In this document: positions 34,129 through 43,532 of the stretch, piece after piece
How the letters are laid out: each line of letters starts with the position of its first letter
How positions within the stretch are numbered: position 1 is the stretch's first letter
NCBI GenBank assembly: GCA_035948165.1
Contig: DASZJM010000129.1
Span: 1 to 50,164 of the forward strand
From: Candidatus Methylomirabilota bacterium
GTDB lineage: Bacteria; Methylomirabilota; Methylomirabilia; Rokubacteriales; CSP1-6
DNA: 50,164 nucleotides
Reading direction: 5' to 3'
Made by a program: the position numbers and the translations under genes
The notes under the pieces: model-generated
Databases searched by the model: none
Told to the model about the DNA's origin: nothing
The model's input: only the letters and a program-made list of their open reading frames with translations

Positions 34129-35454
34129 TCAGACGAGCGTCAGCTGGTCCCCCGCCCGCACCAGCACCCGCGCGCGGGCGCCGTCCACCCAGCTCTCGCC
34201 CGGGTTCAGCACCACCGAGGTGGAGCGCACCAGGAAGGAGCGCGGGTTGGCGCCGGGGGCGGGCGTGCCGTGGTCGCGGAGGGCGCGGGCCGCGGTCATC
34301 ATGCGGCGGCGCACCTGGATGATCGCGGTGTCGCTCGAGCCCAGCCGCTCCTGGCTGCGGTCCACGATGTCCCCCTGGCTCTCCTGCACCGCCTGGTCCT
34401 GCACCCCGAAGCCCGGGATCCCGCAGTACATCCGGGTGCGATGGACCTCCCAGTCCATGAAGTAGTCGTTCTCACGATTGGCCGCGGTACGCACGTCGCC
34501 GTAGGGCTCAGAGGTGGCGGGGGCGTAGTCGCACACGTGCGCGCCCTTGCCCTCGACGTGGAGCTGGATCTCCTCGGGGGTGAGCTTGCGGTCCGGGTGC
34601 CAGGTCACCATCCAGTTCACCACGTGGGTGTCGTCCATCGGGACCCAGATGTGCGACTGGACCACGCGCTCGTCGAGGTCGGTGGGCGGCATCGTGTAGA
34701 ACGGGAGCAGGAACTGGGTGACGCGCCAGTACCAGCGGCCGTCGGGACTGCCGCGCCGGGCCCCGATCAGCACCCCGTAGTCGGTGTCGACCACCTCGAA
34801 GCGGGGCGCCCGGTCGCCGGTGGAGACCGCCGCCCCGACCCCGAAGCTCACCCGGTCCATGTCCTGGGTGACCTCGCTGTTGCGGTGATCGATCGGCGCG
34901 TGCAGGAACGAGATGTGGCTCGAGTCGATGCCGCCCTCGAGGGCCTGGAACCAGTTGCAGTCCTGCACCCGCCGCGACGTGAACGTGTGCCCCTCGGGCA
35001 GCAACGTCCACTCGAGCTCCGGCAGGGCCGGCGGCGTGCTCTCCGGGCCCATGTAGGCGAAGACGACGCCGCCCGCCTCCACGCACGGATAGGCGGCGGT
35101 CTTCACCTTGGACGCGAAGCCCGACTCCGGCGGCTCGCTCGGCATCTCCTCGCATTGGCCGTCGAGGCCGAACTTCCAGCCGTGGTAGGCGCAGCGCATC
35201 CCCGCGTCCTCCACGCGCCCGTAGAAGAGCGAGGCGGAGCGATGCGGGCAGAACTCGCCGATGAGCCCGGCCCGGCCGCTCTTGCCGCGGAACGCGATCA
35301 GCCGCTCGCCCAGGAGCTGCACGCGCTTCACGCGCCCGCCCGGCGCCAGCTCCTTCGACTCGACCACGGGGATCCAGTAGCGGCGAACGAGATCGCCCAT
35401 GGGCGTGCCCGGTCCGGTGCGGGTCAGGAGCTCGTTGTCCTCGCGGCTCAGCAT
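34129..35454 (-). CDS. Rieske [2Fe-2S] non-heme iron oxygenase, alpha-subunit type
   Basis: CPHRSASLFYGRVEDAGMRCAYHGWKF (CxH...CxxH) and the mononuclear iron motif DSSHISFLH. 441 aa. No beta subunit or reductase adjacent. Confidence 0.9.
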   Translation of the reverse strand: MLSREDNELLTRTGPGTPMGDLVRRYWIPVVESKELAPGGRVKRVQLLGERLIAFRGKSGRAGLIGEFCPHRSASLFYGRVEDAGMRCAYHGWKFGLDGQCEEMPSEPPESGFASKVKTAAYPCVEAGGVVFAYMGPESTPPALPELEWTLLPEGHTFTSRRVQDCNWFQALEGGIDSSHISFLHAPIDHRNSEVTQDMDRVSFGVGAAVSTGDRAPRFEVVDTDYGVLIGARRGSPDGRWYWRVTQFLLPFYTMPPTDLDERVVQSHIWVPMDDTHVVNWMVTWHPDRKLTPEEIQLHVEGKGAHVCDYAPATSEPYGDVRTAANRENDYFMDWEVHRTRMYCGIPGFGVQDQAVQESQGDIVDRSQERLGSSDTAIIQVRRRMMTAARALRDHGTPAPGANPRSFLVRSTSVVLNPGESWVDGARARVLVRAGDQLTLV

Positions 35455-35519
35455 GCCTCGGTCCTCCTCGCAGAAAGCCTAGCACGCGGCCCCACGAGGA
35501 GCCAGCATCGGCGGGCGCC

Positions 35520-35549
35520 TTGACAGGCGCGACCGCGCCCACGTACGCT
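35520..35549 (+). promoter_or_regulatory. Sigma-70-like promoter TTGACA-N18-TACGCT, 9 nt upstream of ATG 35559 (leaderless geometry)
   Basis: cgccTTGACAggc ... gcgccc..TACGCT, then ccgcgagcg, then ATG. Same flanks and spacing as 451-480. Confidence 0.4.
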
Positions 35550-35558
35550 CCGCGAGCG

Positions 35559-36344
35559 ATGTCCGCCTCTGCGGTCACTCTCGCGCTCGACGGGCCGGTG
35601 GCCAGGATCACGCTGAACCGGCCCGAGGTGCTCAACGCGGGCGATCCGGGCTGGGTCGCGGAGCTGAACGCGGTGGTCGAGGCAGTCGCGGCGGAGGCCG
35701 CCCGCGGCGCGCTGCGCGTCGCGGTGATCGGCGGCGCCGGCCGCGCCTTCTGCACCGGGGTCGATCTGAAGGCCCTGGCCCACGGCGCGATGACCCTGCC
35801 GCACTTCGTGGCGTGGGAGGACGCGATGACCGCGATCGAGCGCCTGCCCGTTCCGTTCATCGCGGCGATCAACGGCCACTGCCTGGGCGGCGGCCTCCAG
35901 CTCGCTCTCGTCTGCGACTACCGCCTGGCCGCCGCCTCCGCCACCATCGGGCTCCCCGCGGTGAAGGAGTGCCTGATCCCGTCGATGGCCCTCTATCGCC
36001 TGCCCCGGCTGATCGGGGCCGCGCGGGCCTCCGAGCTGATCCTCACCGGCGAGCCGATCACCGCGGCCCGCGCCGAGGCGCTCGGCCTCGTGCACCGCGT
36101 GGTGCCGGCGGTCGACTTCTCTCGGAGAGTCGAGGAGACCATCGCGCGCTTCCTGGCCCTGCCCGCCACCGCGGTGGCCTGGAGCAAGCGGCTGATGGCG
36201 CGGGCGTTCGATCTCGACTTCGACACATTCCGGCGCGAGATGGAGGCGGGCTTCCGCGAGTGCCTCGACTCGGCCGAGCATCGCGCCGCGATGGACGAGA
36301 TCCGCGCCGGCCTGGCCCGGCGGCCCGCCAAACGATCCAAATGA
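35559..36344 (+). CDS. Enoyl-CoA hydratase/isomerase (crotonase) family protein
   Basis: VARITLNRPEVLNA...VIGGAGRAFCTGVDLK...FIAAINGHCLGGGLQLALVCD. Confidence 0.9.
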   Translation: MSASAVTLALDGPVARITLNRPEVLNAGDPGWVAELNAVVEAVAAEAARGALRVAVIGGAGRAFCTGVDLKALAHGAMTLPHFVAWEDAMTAIERLPVPFIAAINGHCLGGGLQLALVCDYRLAAASATIGLPAVKECLIPSMALYRLPRLIGAARASELILTGEPITAARAEALGLVHRVVPAVDFSRRVEETIARFLALPATAVAWSKRLMARAFDLDFDTFRREMEAGFRECLDSAEHRAAMDEIRAGLARRPAKRSK

Positions 36345-37366
36345 CGGCCGAGCGACTGCTCCTCCCCACCTCGGTCATCGGCAGCCACGGGCTGCCGGGA
36401 TGGGTCTGGCTCGCCCGCGAGGCGATCCAGGCCGGCCGACTCGGGGCCACCGACCTGGCCGAGCTGATGGAGGACGCGACCCAGGCCGCGCTGCTGGACC
36501 AGGAGCGGGCCGGCGTCGACGTGCTCACCACCGGCGAGATGGGCCGGGTGCGCTTCATCATCGGCTTCTACGACCATCTGCAGGGCATCCGCGCGCTCCC
36601 CGAGCCGCGCCAGCTCGGCCAGCCGCACTGGGACACCAACACGCCCTTCCAGGTCGTCGAGAAGATCACCGCGCCCGCCGGGCTCGGCATCGTGGAGGAG
36701 TGGAGGCTCGCCCGGTCGCTCACCACCCGGCCGCTCAAGGCCACCGTGCCCGGGCCCTACACCCTCATGTTCCCGCTGCGCCCGGGCGGGCCGTACCGCG
36801 ACCGCGACACGCTGCTCGCCGACCTGGTCGAGATCGTCAACGCGGAGTGCCGCGCGCTGGTGGACGCGGGCGTCGACTTCATCCAGATCGACGAGCCCCA
36901 CAGCGGCATGTACGCGGGGCACGCGCCGCAGTTCGCCCTCGGGGTCAACCGCGCGGTGGACGGAGTGCGGGCCAAGATCGCGGTGCACGTCTGCTTCGGG
37001 AACCTGTACGGTCGCCCGTTCCAGCCGGTGCGCAGCTATCGCAACGTCTACCCCGCGCTCCACGAGCTGACCGCGTCGCAGATCGTGCTCGAGTACGCCA
37101 ACCGGGGGATGGACGACCTGCCCCTCTGGCGCGAGTTCCCCACCGACAAGGAGCTCGGCGCCGGGGTCATCGACGTGAAGGCGTTCAAGGCCGAGACCGC
37201 GGCCGAGGTCGCGGAGCGGATCCGCGCGATCCTCCGCTACGTGGCCCCCGACAAGCTGTGGCTCAACCCCGACTGCGGCTTCTGGGAGACCCCGCGCTGG
37301 GCCACCCGCCTCAAGCTCGCCGCCCTCGTCGAGGGCGCCCGCCTGGTCCGCCGCGAGCTTCAGTAG
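36341..37366 (+). CDS. Cobalamin-independent methionine synthase (MetE C-terminal domain)-like protein
   Basis: ATG 36341 overlaps the crotonase stop (ATGA). 341 aa. Contains IQIDEP, VHVCFGN and NPDCGF, which are Zn-ligand-type motifs. Confidence 0.8.
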   Translation: MTAERLLLPTSVIGSHGLPGWVWLAREAIQAGRLGATDLAELMEDATQAALLDQERAGVDVLTTGEMGRVRFIIGFYDHLQGIRALPEPRQLGQPHWDTNTPFQVVEKITAPAGLGIVEEWRLARSLTTRPLKATVPGPYTLMFPLRPGGPYRDRDTLLADLVEIVNAECRALVDAGVDFIQIDEPHSGMYAGHAPQFALGVNRAVDGVRAKIAVHVCFGNLYGRPFQPVRSYRNVYPALHELTASQIVLEYANRGMDDLPLWREFPTDKELGAGVIDVKAFKAETAAEVAERIRAILRYVAPDKLWLNPDCGFWETPRWATRLKLAALVEGARLVRRELQ

Positions 37367-37386
37367 GAGGTCAGAAGGAGGTCAGA
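37365..37386. repeat. Perfect tandem duplication of an 11-bp unit (AGGAGGTCAGA x2) at a convergent gene junction
   Basis: 37365-37375 and 37376-37386 are identical. It spans the MetE-like stop (TAG 37364-37366) and the LLM gene stop (37382-37384). Confidence 0.8.
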
Positions 37387-38161
37387 GGGCGCGGAGGAGG
37401 GTGAGGTGGTCGTCCACCGTATCGTGGGCGACGATGGCCCGCAGGACGATCTCGTCGACCGCGCCCTGCCAGGCGGCCAGCCCGCTCTGGATGCCCGCGG
37501 GCGACGTCGCCGCGATCGCGGTGTCCACCGGCTTCACGCCCATGCGCTCGAAGTGGGCGCCGTAGGCGGGAATCGCCGCGTAGCGCCCACCCTCGTCGTG
37601 GAGCCGCTCGACGGCGCCCGGCCCCAGCGCCACCCGCACGTAGGCGTAGGTCCGCGGCATCGGGCGCCCGGTCGCCTTGGCGCCGGCGCGCACCAGTTCC
37701 GCGGAGCGACGCGCGTACTCCGGGGTCAGCCAGTTGAAGAGCACGCCGTCGGCGACCTGGCCGGCCAGCGCGCACATCTTCGGGCCCAGCGCGGCCACGA
37801 TCACCCGCGTGGTCATGCCCTTGCGGATCGCGGCCACGCTCTCGCGCACGCGCTTCAGGGCCTGCGGGTTCGGGCTGCCCACCCCGAGCAGGAGCCGCGC
37901 GGGCGCGAGGCCGTGCTGCCGCACGCCGGCGACGATGGCCTCGGGGCCGCGCGTGTGCAGCGGCACCACCCCGACGCCCAGATCGATCCGCTGCGTCTCC
38001 GCGGCGGCCTGCGCGAGTGAGCCCAGGCCGTCGACCGGGCCCGGGTGATTCACCCAGAACGAGCCGAATCCTCTGGTCTCCGCCTCGTGCGCGGAAGCAC
38101 GAATGATCTCGGGTGCGACGCCCGCGAAGACCGCGAAGCCCTTTGCCGTGCCTGCCGCCAT
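37382..38161 (-). CDS. Luciferase-like monooxygenase (LLM) class oxidoreductase, possibly F420-dependent
   Basis: 259 aa. FGSFWVNHP...IDLGVGVVPL...LLLGVGSP...VIVAALGPKMCALAGQVADGVLFNW. Confidence 0.8.
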   Translation of the reverse strand: MAAGTAKGFAVFAGVAPEIIRASAHEAETRGFGSFWVNHPGPVDGLGSLAQAAAETQRIDLGVGVVPLHTRGPEAIVAGVRQHGLAPARLLLGVGSPNPQALKRVRESVAAIRKGMTTRVIVAALGPKMCALAGQVADGVLFNWLTPEYARRSAELVRAGAKATGRPMPRTYAYVRVALGPGAVERLHDEGGRYAAIPAYGAHFERMGVKPVDTAIAATSPAGIQSGLAAWQGAVDEIVLRAIVAHDTVDDHLTLLRAL

Positions 38162-38247
38162 GACCGCCTCCTGTGCGTGAGATGCGCCCGATCATACGCC
38201 CGGCCAGGCTTGCGCTCCATCGCATTACGGGATACACCCGAACGGTC

Positions 38248-39447
38248 ATGCGAGAGCCCGCGGGGACACGCATCCTGACGTGGATGTGCGTGCTCATCGC
38301 GGTGAACCAGCTCGGCTTCGGCAGCATCGTGCCCGCGCTGGCCCTCTACGCGCGCTCCTTCGGCGTCACCCAGTCCGCCATCGGGCTCGCCATCGCGGCG
38401 TACGGCCTCGCGCGATTCCTGATCGCGGTGCCGGCGGGCCGCCTCGCCGACGCGCTCGGGCGCCGCGCCACCCTCGCGGTGGGCGGCGTGGTGTCCGCGC
38501 TCGGCAACCTGCTCTGCGCGCTCGCTCCCACCTATCCCGCCTTCGTCGGCGCGCGCTTCGTGGCCGGGGCGGGCGCCGCGCTGGTGCTCACCACCGGCCT
38601 CATCGTCCTCGCCGACATCTCCACCCCGTCCAATCGCGGCCGCATGATGTCGGTCTATCAGGGCGTGTTCATCTTCGCGGTCGGCATCGGCCCATTCCCG
38701 GGCGGGCTTCTCGCCACCCACTGGGGCCTCGCCGCGCCGTTCCTCGCGTACGCGGTCACCTCGCTCCTTGCCTCCATCGTCGCGTGGCTCGCGATCCCGG
38801 AGACGCGGCCCGCGCGCCCCGGGGGCCTACTCGAGACCGCGGAGGTGTCCTTCCGGGGTCAGCTCCGCCTGCTGACCGTGCATCCGGGGTTCCTGCTGGT
38901 GAGCCTCATCGCCTTCGTGAACGCGGTGGCCCGCACCGGCGCGCTCTTCAACATCATCCCGATCCTGGCCCGCGACCGGCTCGCCCTCGATCCGGATCGC
39001 ATCGGGTTCGGCCTCGCCCTGGCCAGCGTGGTCGGCCTCGCCCTCGCCTATCCCGCCGGCGTGCTCGTCGACCGCTACGGGCGGAAGATCATCATCGTGC
39101 CCTCGACGATCCTGTCCGGGGTCTCGCTCGTGCTCTTCCTCACCGCACCGACCTACGCGTGGTTCCTCGTCGCGTGCGCGGCGTGGAGCGTGGCGATGGG
39201 GATCAGCGGCGCGGCCCCCGCCGCCTACGCGGCGGACACCGCCCCCGGCGGCATGAACGCGGCCGCGCTCAGCACCTACCGTATGCTCGCCGATCTCGGC
39301 TACGTGATCGGGCCCATCGCGCTGGGCCTCGCCGCCGATCTGGCCGGCGCGAGCGCCGCGCTCGCCTCCGCCGCGGTCATGCTCACCGCGGTCGCGCTGC
39401 TCTTCGCGCGCTTCGCGCCCGAGACCTATCGCGCGGTCCGCTTCTAG
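38248..39447 (+). CDS. MFS transporter
   Basis: Start at MREPAGTR. 12-TM pattern with GRLADALGRR in loop 2-3. Confidence 0.85.
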   Translation: MREPAGTRILTWMCVLIAVNQLGFGSIVPALALYARSFGVTQSAIGLAIAAYGLARFLIAVPAGRLADALGRRATLAVGGVVSALGNLLCALAPTYPAFVGARFVAGAGAALVLTTGLIVLADISTPSNRGRMMSVYQGVFIFAVGIGPFPGGLLATHWGLAAPFLAYAVTSLLASIVAWLAIPETRPARPGGLLETAEVSFRGQLRLLTVHPGFLLVSLIAFVNAVARTGALFNIIPILARDRLALDPDRIGFGLALASVVGLALAYPAGVLVDRYGRKIIIVPSTILSGVSLVLFLTAPTYAWFLVACAAWSVAMGISGAAPAAYAADTAPGGMNAAALSTYRMLADLGYVIGPIALGLAADLAGASAALASAAVMLTAVALLFARFAPETYRAVRF

Positions 39448-39465
39448 GCGCGGGCGCGCGCCACC

Positions 39466-40557
39466 TCACGCCCGCGATCGGCTCCGGCGGAACGGGAGGA
39501 CGAGCTGGGCCCAGTAGCCGTCCGGCACCGGCGCCCCCGCGAGACCGTAGGCGGGCGGCCAGCGATCGGCGGGCAGGTGCAGGGTGCCGAACACCGCGTC
39601 GATGACCGGCAGGTGCACCGCGAAGTTCACGTCCACCGGCTCCACCGCGTGGTGCCAGTGGTGGTACTGGGGCGTGGCCAGCACCCAGCGCAGCGGCCCG
39701 AAGCGCCAGCGCACGTTGGCGTGGATCAGCACCGCCTGGAACGACACGAAGAGCACGTAGGCAAAGACCGGCGCCTGCGCGAAGCCCAGCACGTAGAGCG
39801 GCACGAAGCTCAGCCCCCGCGTGACCACGATGTCGAGCAGGTGCAGGCGCGAGCCGGCCAGCCAGTCCATGGTCCGGCTCGAGTGGTGGATCTCGTGGAA
39901 GCGCCAGAGCCACGGGACGGTGTGGAAGAGCCGGTGCACGGTGTACTGCGAGAGATCCGCGACCAGGAGCACCTCCACGAACTGCAGCGCGTAGGGCTGG
40001 GCCGCCACCGCGGCTTGTAGCTCGGGGGCCACCGCCCAGCGGAAGAAGATGGCGGCGGGCGCCATGGTCAGGAACACGGTGAGCTGCACCAGCAGGTGGC
40101 TGATCCCGAAGTGCCACAGGTCGGTGCGCCACTCCCGCCGGAAGACCGGCTGCGGCAGGCGGGCCCAGAGGAGCTCGATGGGCACGAAGATCGCGGAGAG
40201 CAGGAACAGGTCGAGCAGGAACCAGTCGAGGCCCACGTGGTTCGAACGCGCCACCGGCGTCGCCACCGCCACCTCCGAGCCGCCCATCAGGGTGGCCAGC
40301 AGCGCGAGCCCGGCGCCGGTGAGCCCGAGCGCCTTGCGCCGCTTGAGCAGCACGCTCAGGAGGCCCAGAACGAACGCGACGCCCAGGGCCATCTTGATCG
40401 TGGTGCGCACGATCTCCATCGGGTAGACGTCGCGCAGGGCGGGCGTGGTGAGCACCGCGGGGAACCAGAGGCAAAGCACCGCCCCGAAGGCGAGCGCGCC
40501 CAGCACCGCCGAGAGCACGCCGGTGACCCAGCCCAGCACCCCGACCCGGCTCGCCAT
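39466..40557 (-). CDS. Fatty acid hydroxylase / sterol desaturase superfamily membrane protein
   Basis: Histidine boxes HRLFH, HEIHH and HHWHH. Multi-TM N-terminal extension. Confidence 0.85.
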   Translation of the reverse strand: MASRVGVLGWVTGVLSAVLGALAFGAVLCLWFPAVLTTPALRDVYPMEIVRTTIKMALGVAFVLGLLSVLLKRRKALGLTGAGLALLATLMGGSEVAVATPVARSNHVGLDWFLLDLFLLSAIFVPIELLWARLPQPVFRREWRTDLWHFGISHLLVQLTVFLTMAPAAIFFRWAVAPELQAAVAAQPYALQFVEVLLVADLSQYTVHRLFHTVPWLWRFHEIHHSSRTMDWLAGSRLHLLDIVVTRGLSFVPLYVLGFAQAPVFAYVLFVSFQAVLIHANVRWRFGPLRWVLATPQYHHWHHAVEPVDVNFAVHLPVIDAVFGTLHLPADRWPPAYGLAGAPVPDGYWAQLVLPFRRSRSRA

Positions 40558-40624
40558 CCTCCCTCGATCCTAGCGCCCGGGTCCCTCCCTCACCAAGCGA
40601 CGCGGGATGCTATGGTGTGGGGCC

Positions 40625-41590
40625 ATGACGACCCTCCTGATGCTCCCGCCTCAGACCGAGACGACGCGCCAGTGGGCCGCGCAGGTCGGCGCGGCCCTGC
40701 CCGCGCTCCGGGTGATGGTCGCGGAGGACGAGGCCCAGGCGGCCCGCGAGATCGCCCAGGCGGAGGCCGCGTTCGGCACGCTCTCCCCCGCCCTCCTGCG
40801 CCAGGCGCGCGCGCTCCGGTGGCTGCAGGCCCCGCAGGCCGCGCCGCCCGCGGGCTACTACTTCGGCGAGCTGGTGGCGCACCCGGTGGTGGTCACGAAC
40901 TTCCGCGAGATCTACAACGACCACATCGGCGCCCACATCATGGCCTTCGTGCTCGCGTTCGCGCGCGGCCTGCACCACTACGTGCCGCTCCAGCTCCGCC
41001 GCGAGTGGAGGCCGGCGCCGCTCGACACCGGGGTGGTCCATCTCCCCGAGGCCACCGCGCTGGTGGTGGGCGTCGGCGGGATCGGTAGCGAGACCGCCCG
41101 CCTCGCCGAGGCCTTCGGGCTGCGGGTGATCGGCATCGACGCGCGACGCCGCGAGGCCCCGCCCGGCGTCTTCAAGCTCGAGGGCCCCGACGCGCTCGAC
41201 GCGCTGCTGCCGGAGGCCGACTTCGTGATCCTCACCGTCCCCCACACCCCGGAGACGGAAGGCTTCATGCACCGCGCGCGCTTCCAGCGCATGAAGCGGA
41301 CCGCGTTCTTCATCAACATAGGCCGCGGCATGACCACGCGCCTCGATGACCTGGTGGCCGCGCTGCGGGCCGGCGAGATCGCGGGCGCCGGGCTCGACGT
41401 CTTCGAGCAGGAGCCGCTGCCCTCGGATCACCCGCTCTGGACCACACCCAACGTGCTGATCACCCCGCACACCGCGGGCTACGGCCCGTACCTCGACGAC
41501 CGGCGCGGCGAGATCCTGCTGGACAACTGCCGCCGGTTCCTCGCGGGCCAGCCGCTCCGGAACGTGGTCGACAAGGCCCACTGGTTCTAG
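40625..41590 (+). CDS. D-isomer-specific 2-hydroxyacid dehydrogenase, NAD-binding
   Basis: VVGVGGIGSETARLA...FINIGRG...GAGLDVFEQEPLP...ITPHTAG. Start at MTTLLML. Confidence 0.9.
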   Translation: MTTLLMLPPQTETTRQWAAQVGAALPALRVMVAEDEAQAAREIAQAEAAFGTLSPALLRQARALRWLQAPQAAPPAGYYFGELVAHPVVVTNFREIYNDHIGAHIMAFVLAFARGLHHYVPLQLRREWRPAPLDTGVVHLPEATALVVGVGGIGSETARLAEAFGLRVIGIDARRREAPPGVFKLEGPDALDALLPEADFVILTVPHTPETEGFMHRARFQRMKRTAFFINIGRGMTTRLDDLVAALRAGEIAGAGLDVFEQEPLPSDHPLWTTPNVLITPHTAGYGPYLDDRRGEILLDNCRRFLAGQPLRNVVDKAHWF

Positions 41591-41624
41591 CCGGGCCCCG
41601 CCGGCGCGGGGGGGGGCGACGCGA

Positions 41625-42851
41625 CTAGGAAGTGGCGGGGGTGACGGCCGCGGGCGCGGGCTGGGCGCGGCGCCGGACCTGCACGACGGTGCCGATGGTA
41701 CAGAGCAGCAGCACGCCGACCGCGACGAACAGCATGCGGGGATCGCGGTGGTCGAGCATCCAGCCGAAGGCCACCGGCACCAGGCACGAGCCGAGGTCGA
41801 GCCCGGAGTAGACGAAGCCGAAGACTTTGCCGGAGGCGCCCGGCGGCGTGGCCGCGCGCACCAGCATGTCGCGCGAGGGCGCGGTGACGCCCTGGCAGAA
41901 GCCGGCGACGGCCAGGACCAGCGGCAGCCGCGAGGGCCCCACGCCCCCGGTGGCGACCAACAGGATCAGGGCCGCCGCGCCGATCAGCCCGCTCACCGCC
42001 ACCACGTCGTGGCGGCTCGTGCGATCGGCCAGGAAGCCGCCGCCCAGGATGCCGGCGGCGCCGCCCAGCAGGAACGCGGTGAGCGCCGCGGTGGCGAGCG
42101 CCATCGGCGTCTCGTAGACCCGCATGAGGCCGGTCACCCCGAAGGTCTGCATCCCGACGAGCGCGGTCGCGATCAGGGCGAAGTAGGCGAACGCGGCGAG
42201 CACCGGCGCGGACAGCAGCACGCGCACGTCGGTCACCCCGACGGCGCGCCGCGCGCCCGCGTGAGCGCCCCTGAAGGCGCCGCCCTGGGTGGCCAGCACC
42301 ATCACCATCGCGAGGCCGAGCCCGCCCACCGTCACCAGGGCCGCGCGCCAGCCGAAGTGCGCGGTCAGGGCGAAGACCACCGTCGGCGCCACCGCCCACC
42401 CGAGGTTGCCGGAGATCGCGTGCACGCTGTAGCCGCGCCCGATCCGCCGCGGGTCGACCGACGCGTTCAGGATCGAGTAGTCGGCGGGATGGAACACGCT
42501 GTTGCCGAGGCCGGCCAGCAGCGCCACCGGCAGCAGGAACCAGTACGAGGGCACGAGGCCGGCCAGCGCGATGGAGCCGGCCAGGAGCCCCATCCCGGCC
42601 ATCAGCACCCGCAGCGCGCCCACCCGGTCGACCAGGAATCCGGACAGGGTCTGCCCGATGCCCGAGCCCCCGTAGAAGACGCTCACCGCCAGGCCCAGCG
42701 CCACGTACGGCACGCCGAAGACGTCCTTCAGCAGCGGGAACAGCGGCGGCAGCGTGAGCTGGAAGAAGTGGCTGAAGAAGTGCGCCGTCCCGATGAGGCC
42801 GATGATGCGGACGTCGCGGCGGAGGCTGGGGGGAGCGATCGAGTCGGGCAC
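41625..42851 (-). CDS. MFS transporter
   Basis: 408 aa, 12-TM pattern, GFLVDRVGALR loop motif. Confidence 0.85.
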   Translation of the reverse strand: MPDSIAPPSLRRDVRIIGLIGTAHFFSHFFQLTLPPLFPLLKDVFGVPYVALGLAVSVFYGGSGIGQTLSGFLVDRVGALRVLMAGMGLLAGSIALAGLVPSYWFLLPVALLAGLGNSVFHPADYSILNASVDPRRIGRGYSVHAISGNLGWAVAPTVVFALTAHFGWRAALVTVGGLGLAMVMVLATQGGAFRGAHAGARRAVGVTDVRVLLSAPVLAAFAYFALIATALVGMQTFGVTGLMRVYETPMALATAALTAFLLGGAAGILGGGFLADRTSRHDVVAVSGLIGAAALILLVATGGVGPSRLPLVLAVAGFCQGVTAPSRDMLVRAATPPGASGKVFGFVYSGLDLGSCLVPVAFGWMLDHRDPRMLFVAVGVLLLCTIGTVVQVRRRAQPAPAAVTPATS

Positions 42852-42872
42852 GGACCCTCAGTCTACACCACG

Positions 42873-43471
42873 CTAGCTCTTCTTCTCGATCGCCTCGACC
42901 TCGAGGTTGATCTTCACTTCGTCGCCCACCACCACGCCCCCGGCCTCGATGGTCCGGTTCCACATGATGCCGAAGTCCTTCCGGTTGATCGTGGTGCTCG
43001 CGGTCGCGCCCACCCGGCGGTTGCCCTGGGGATCCTTGATCGGCGCGGTCGGCCCGTCCACCTTGAGCACCACCTCGCGGGTCACGTCGCGGATGGTCAG
43101 GTCACCCACCAGGTCGAAGCCCTCCGCCCGCACGTTCTGGACCCGCTTGGACCTGAACGCCAGGGTGGGAAACCGGCGCTGAAGAAGTTGTCGCTGCGCA
43201 GATCGTCGTCACGCCGGCCGATGCGGGTGTTGACGCTCTTGGCCTCGATCGTGATGTCCGCCTTGACCGAGCCCGGGTCGCCCGGCCGGTACTCGATGGT
43301 GCCCCGGGTCAGCTCGAAGACGCCGGTGACGTTGGCGATCATCAGGTGCTTGACCGTGAAGCCGGAGACGGTGTGGGCCGGATCGATGACCCACGTCTCG
43401 GCCCGCGCGGACACCGGCAGGACCAGGGCCAGGGCGAGCACGCCGACGGCGGAGCGAAGGACGTTCCTCAT
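42873..43471 (-). pseudogene. YceI-family periplasmic protein gene interrupted by an apparent 1-nt deletion (or sequencing error)
   Basis: ORF 43097..43471 carries the signal peptide and N-terminal half (...RIGRRDDDLRSDNFFSA). ORF 42873..43133 carries the C-terminal half (GDLTIRDVTREVVLKV...). Reading the other frame across 43173-43180 restores ...FFSA-RFPTLAFRSKRVQNVRAEGFDLVGDLTI. Confidence 0.7.
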
Positions 43472-43532
43472 GGGCTTTCCTCTCGTTCGGTCAGAGGTGT
43501 AAAATCTTCCCGCTCAGAAAAGGAGACTCCCC

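Noticed and set aside
41596-41616. Short hairpin CCCCGC-cggc-GCGGGG and a 9-G homopolymer between convergent genes
   Set aside because: The 6-bp stem is a weak terminator candidate at best. The poly-G is intergenic, so phase variation of a coding sequence is not implied. It may be a sequencing-prone tract.
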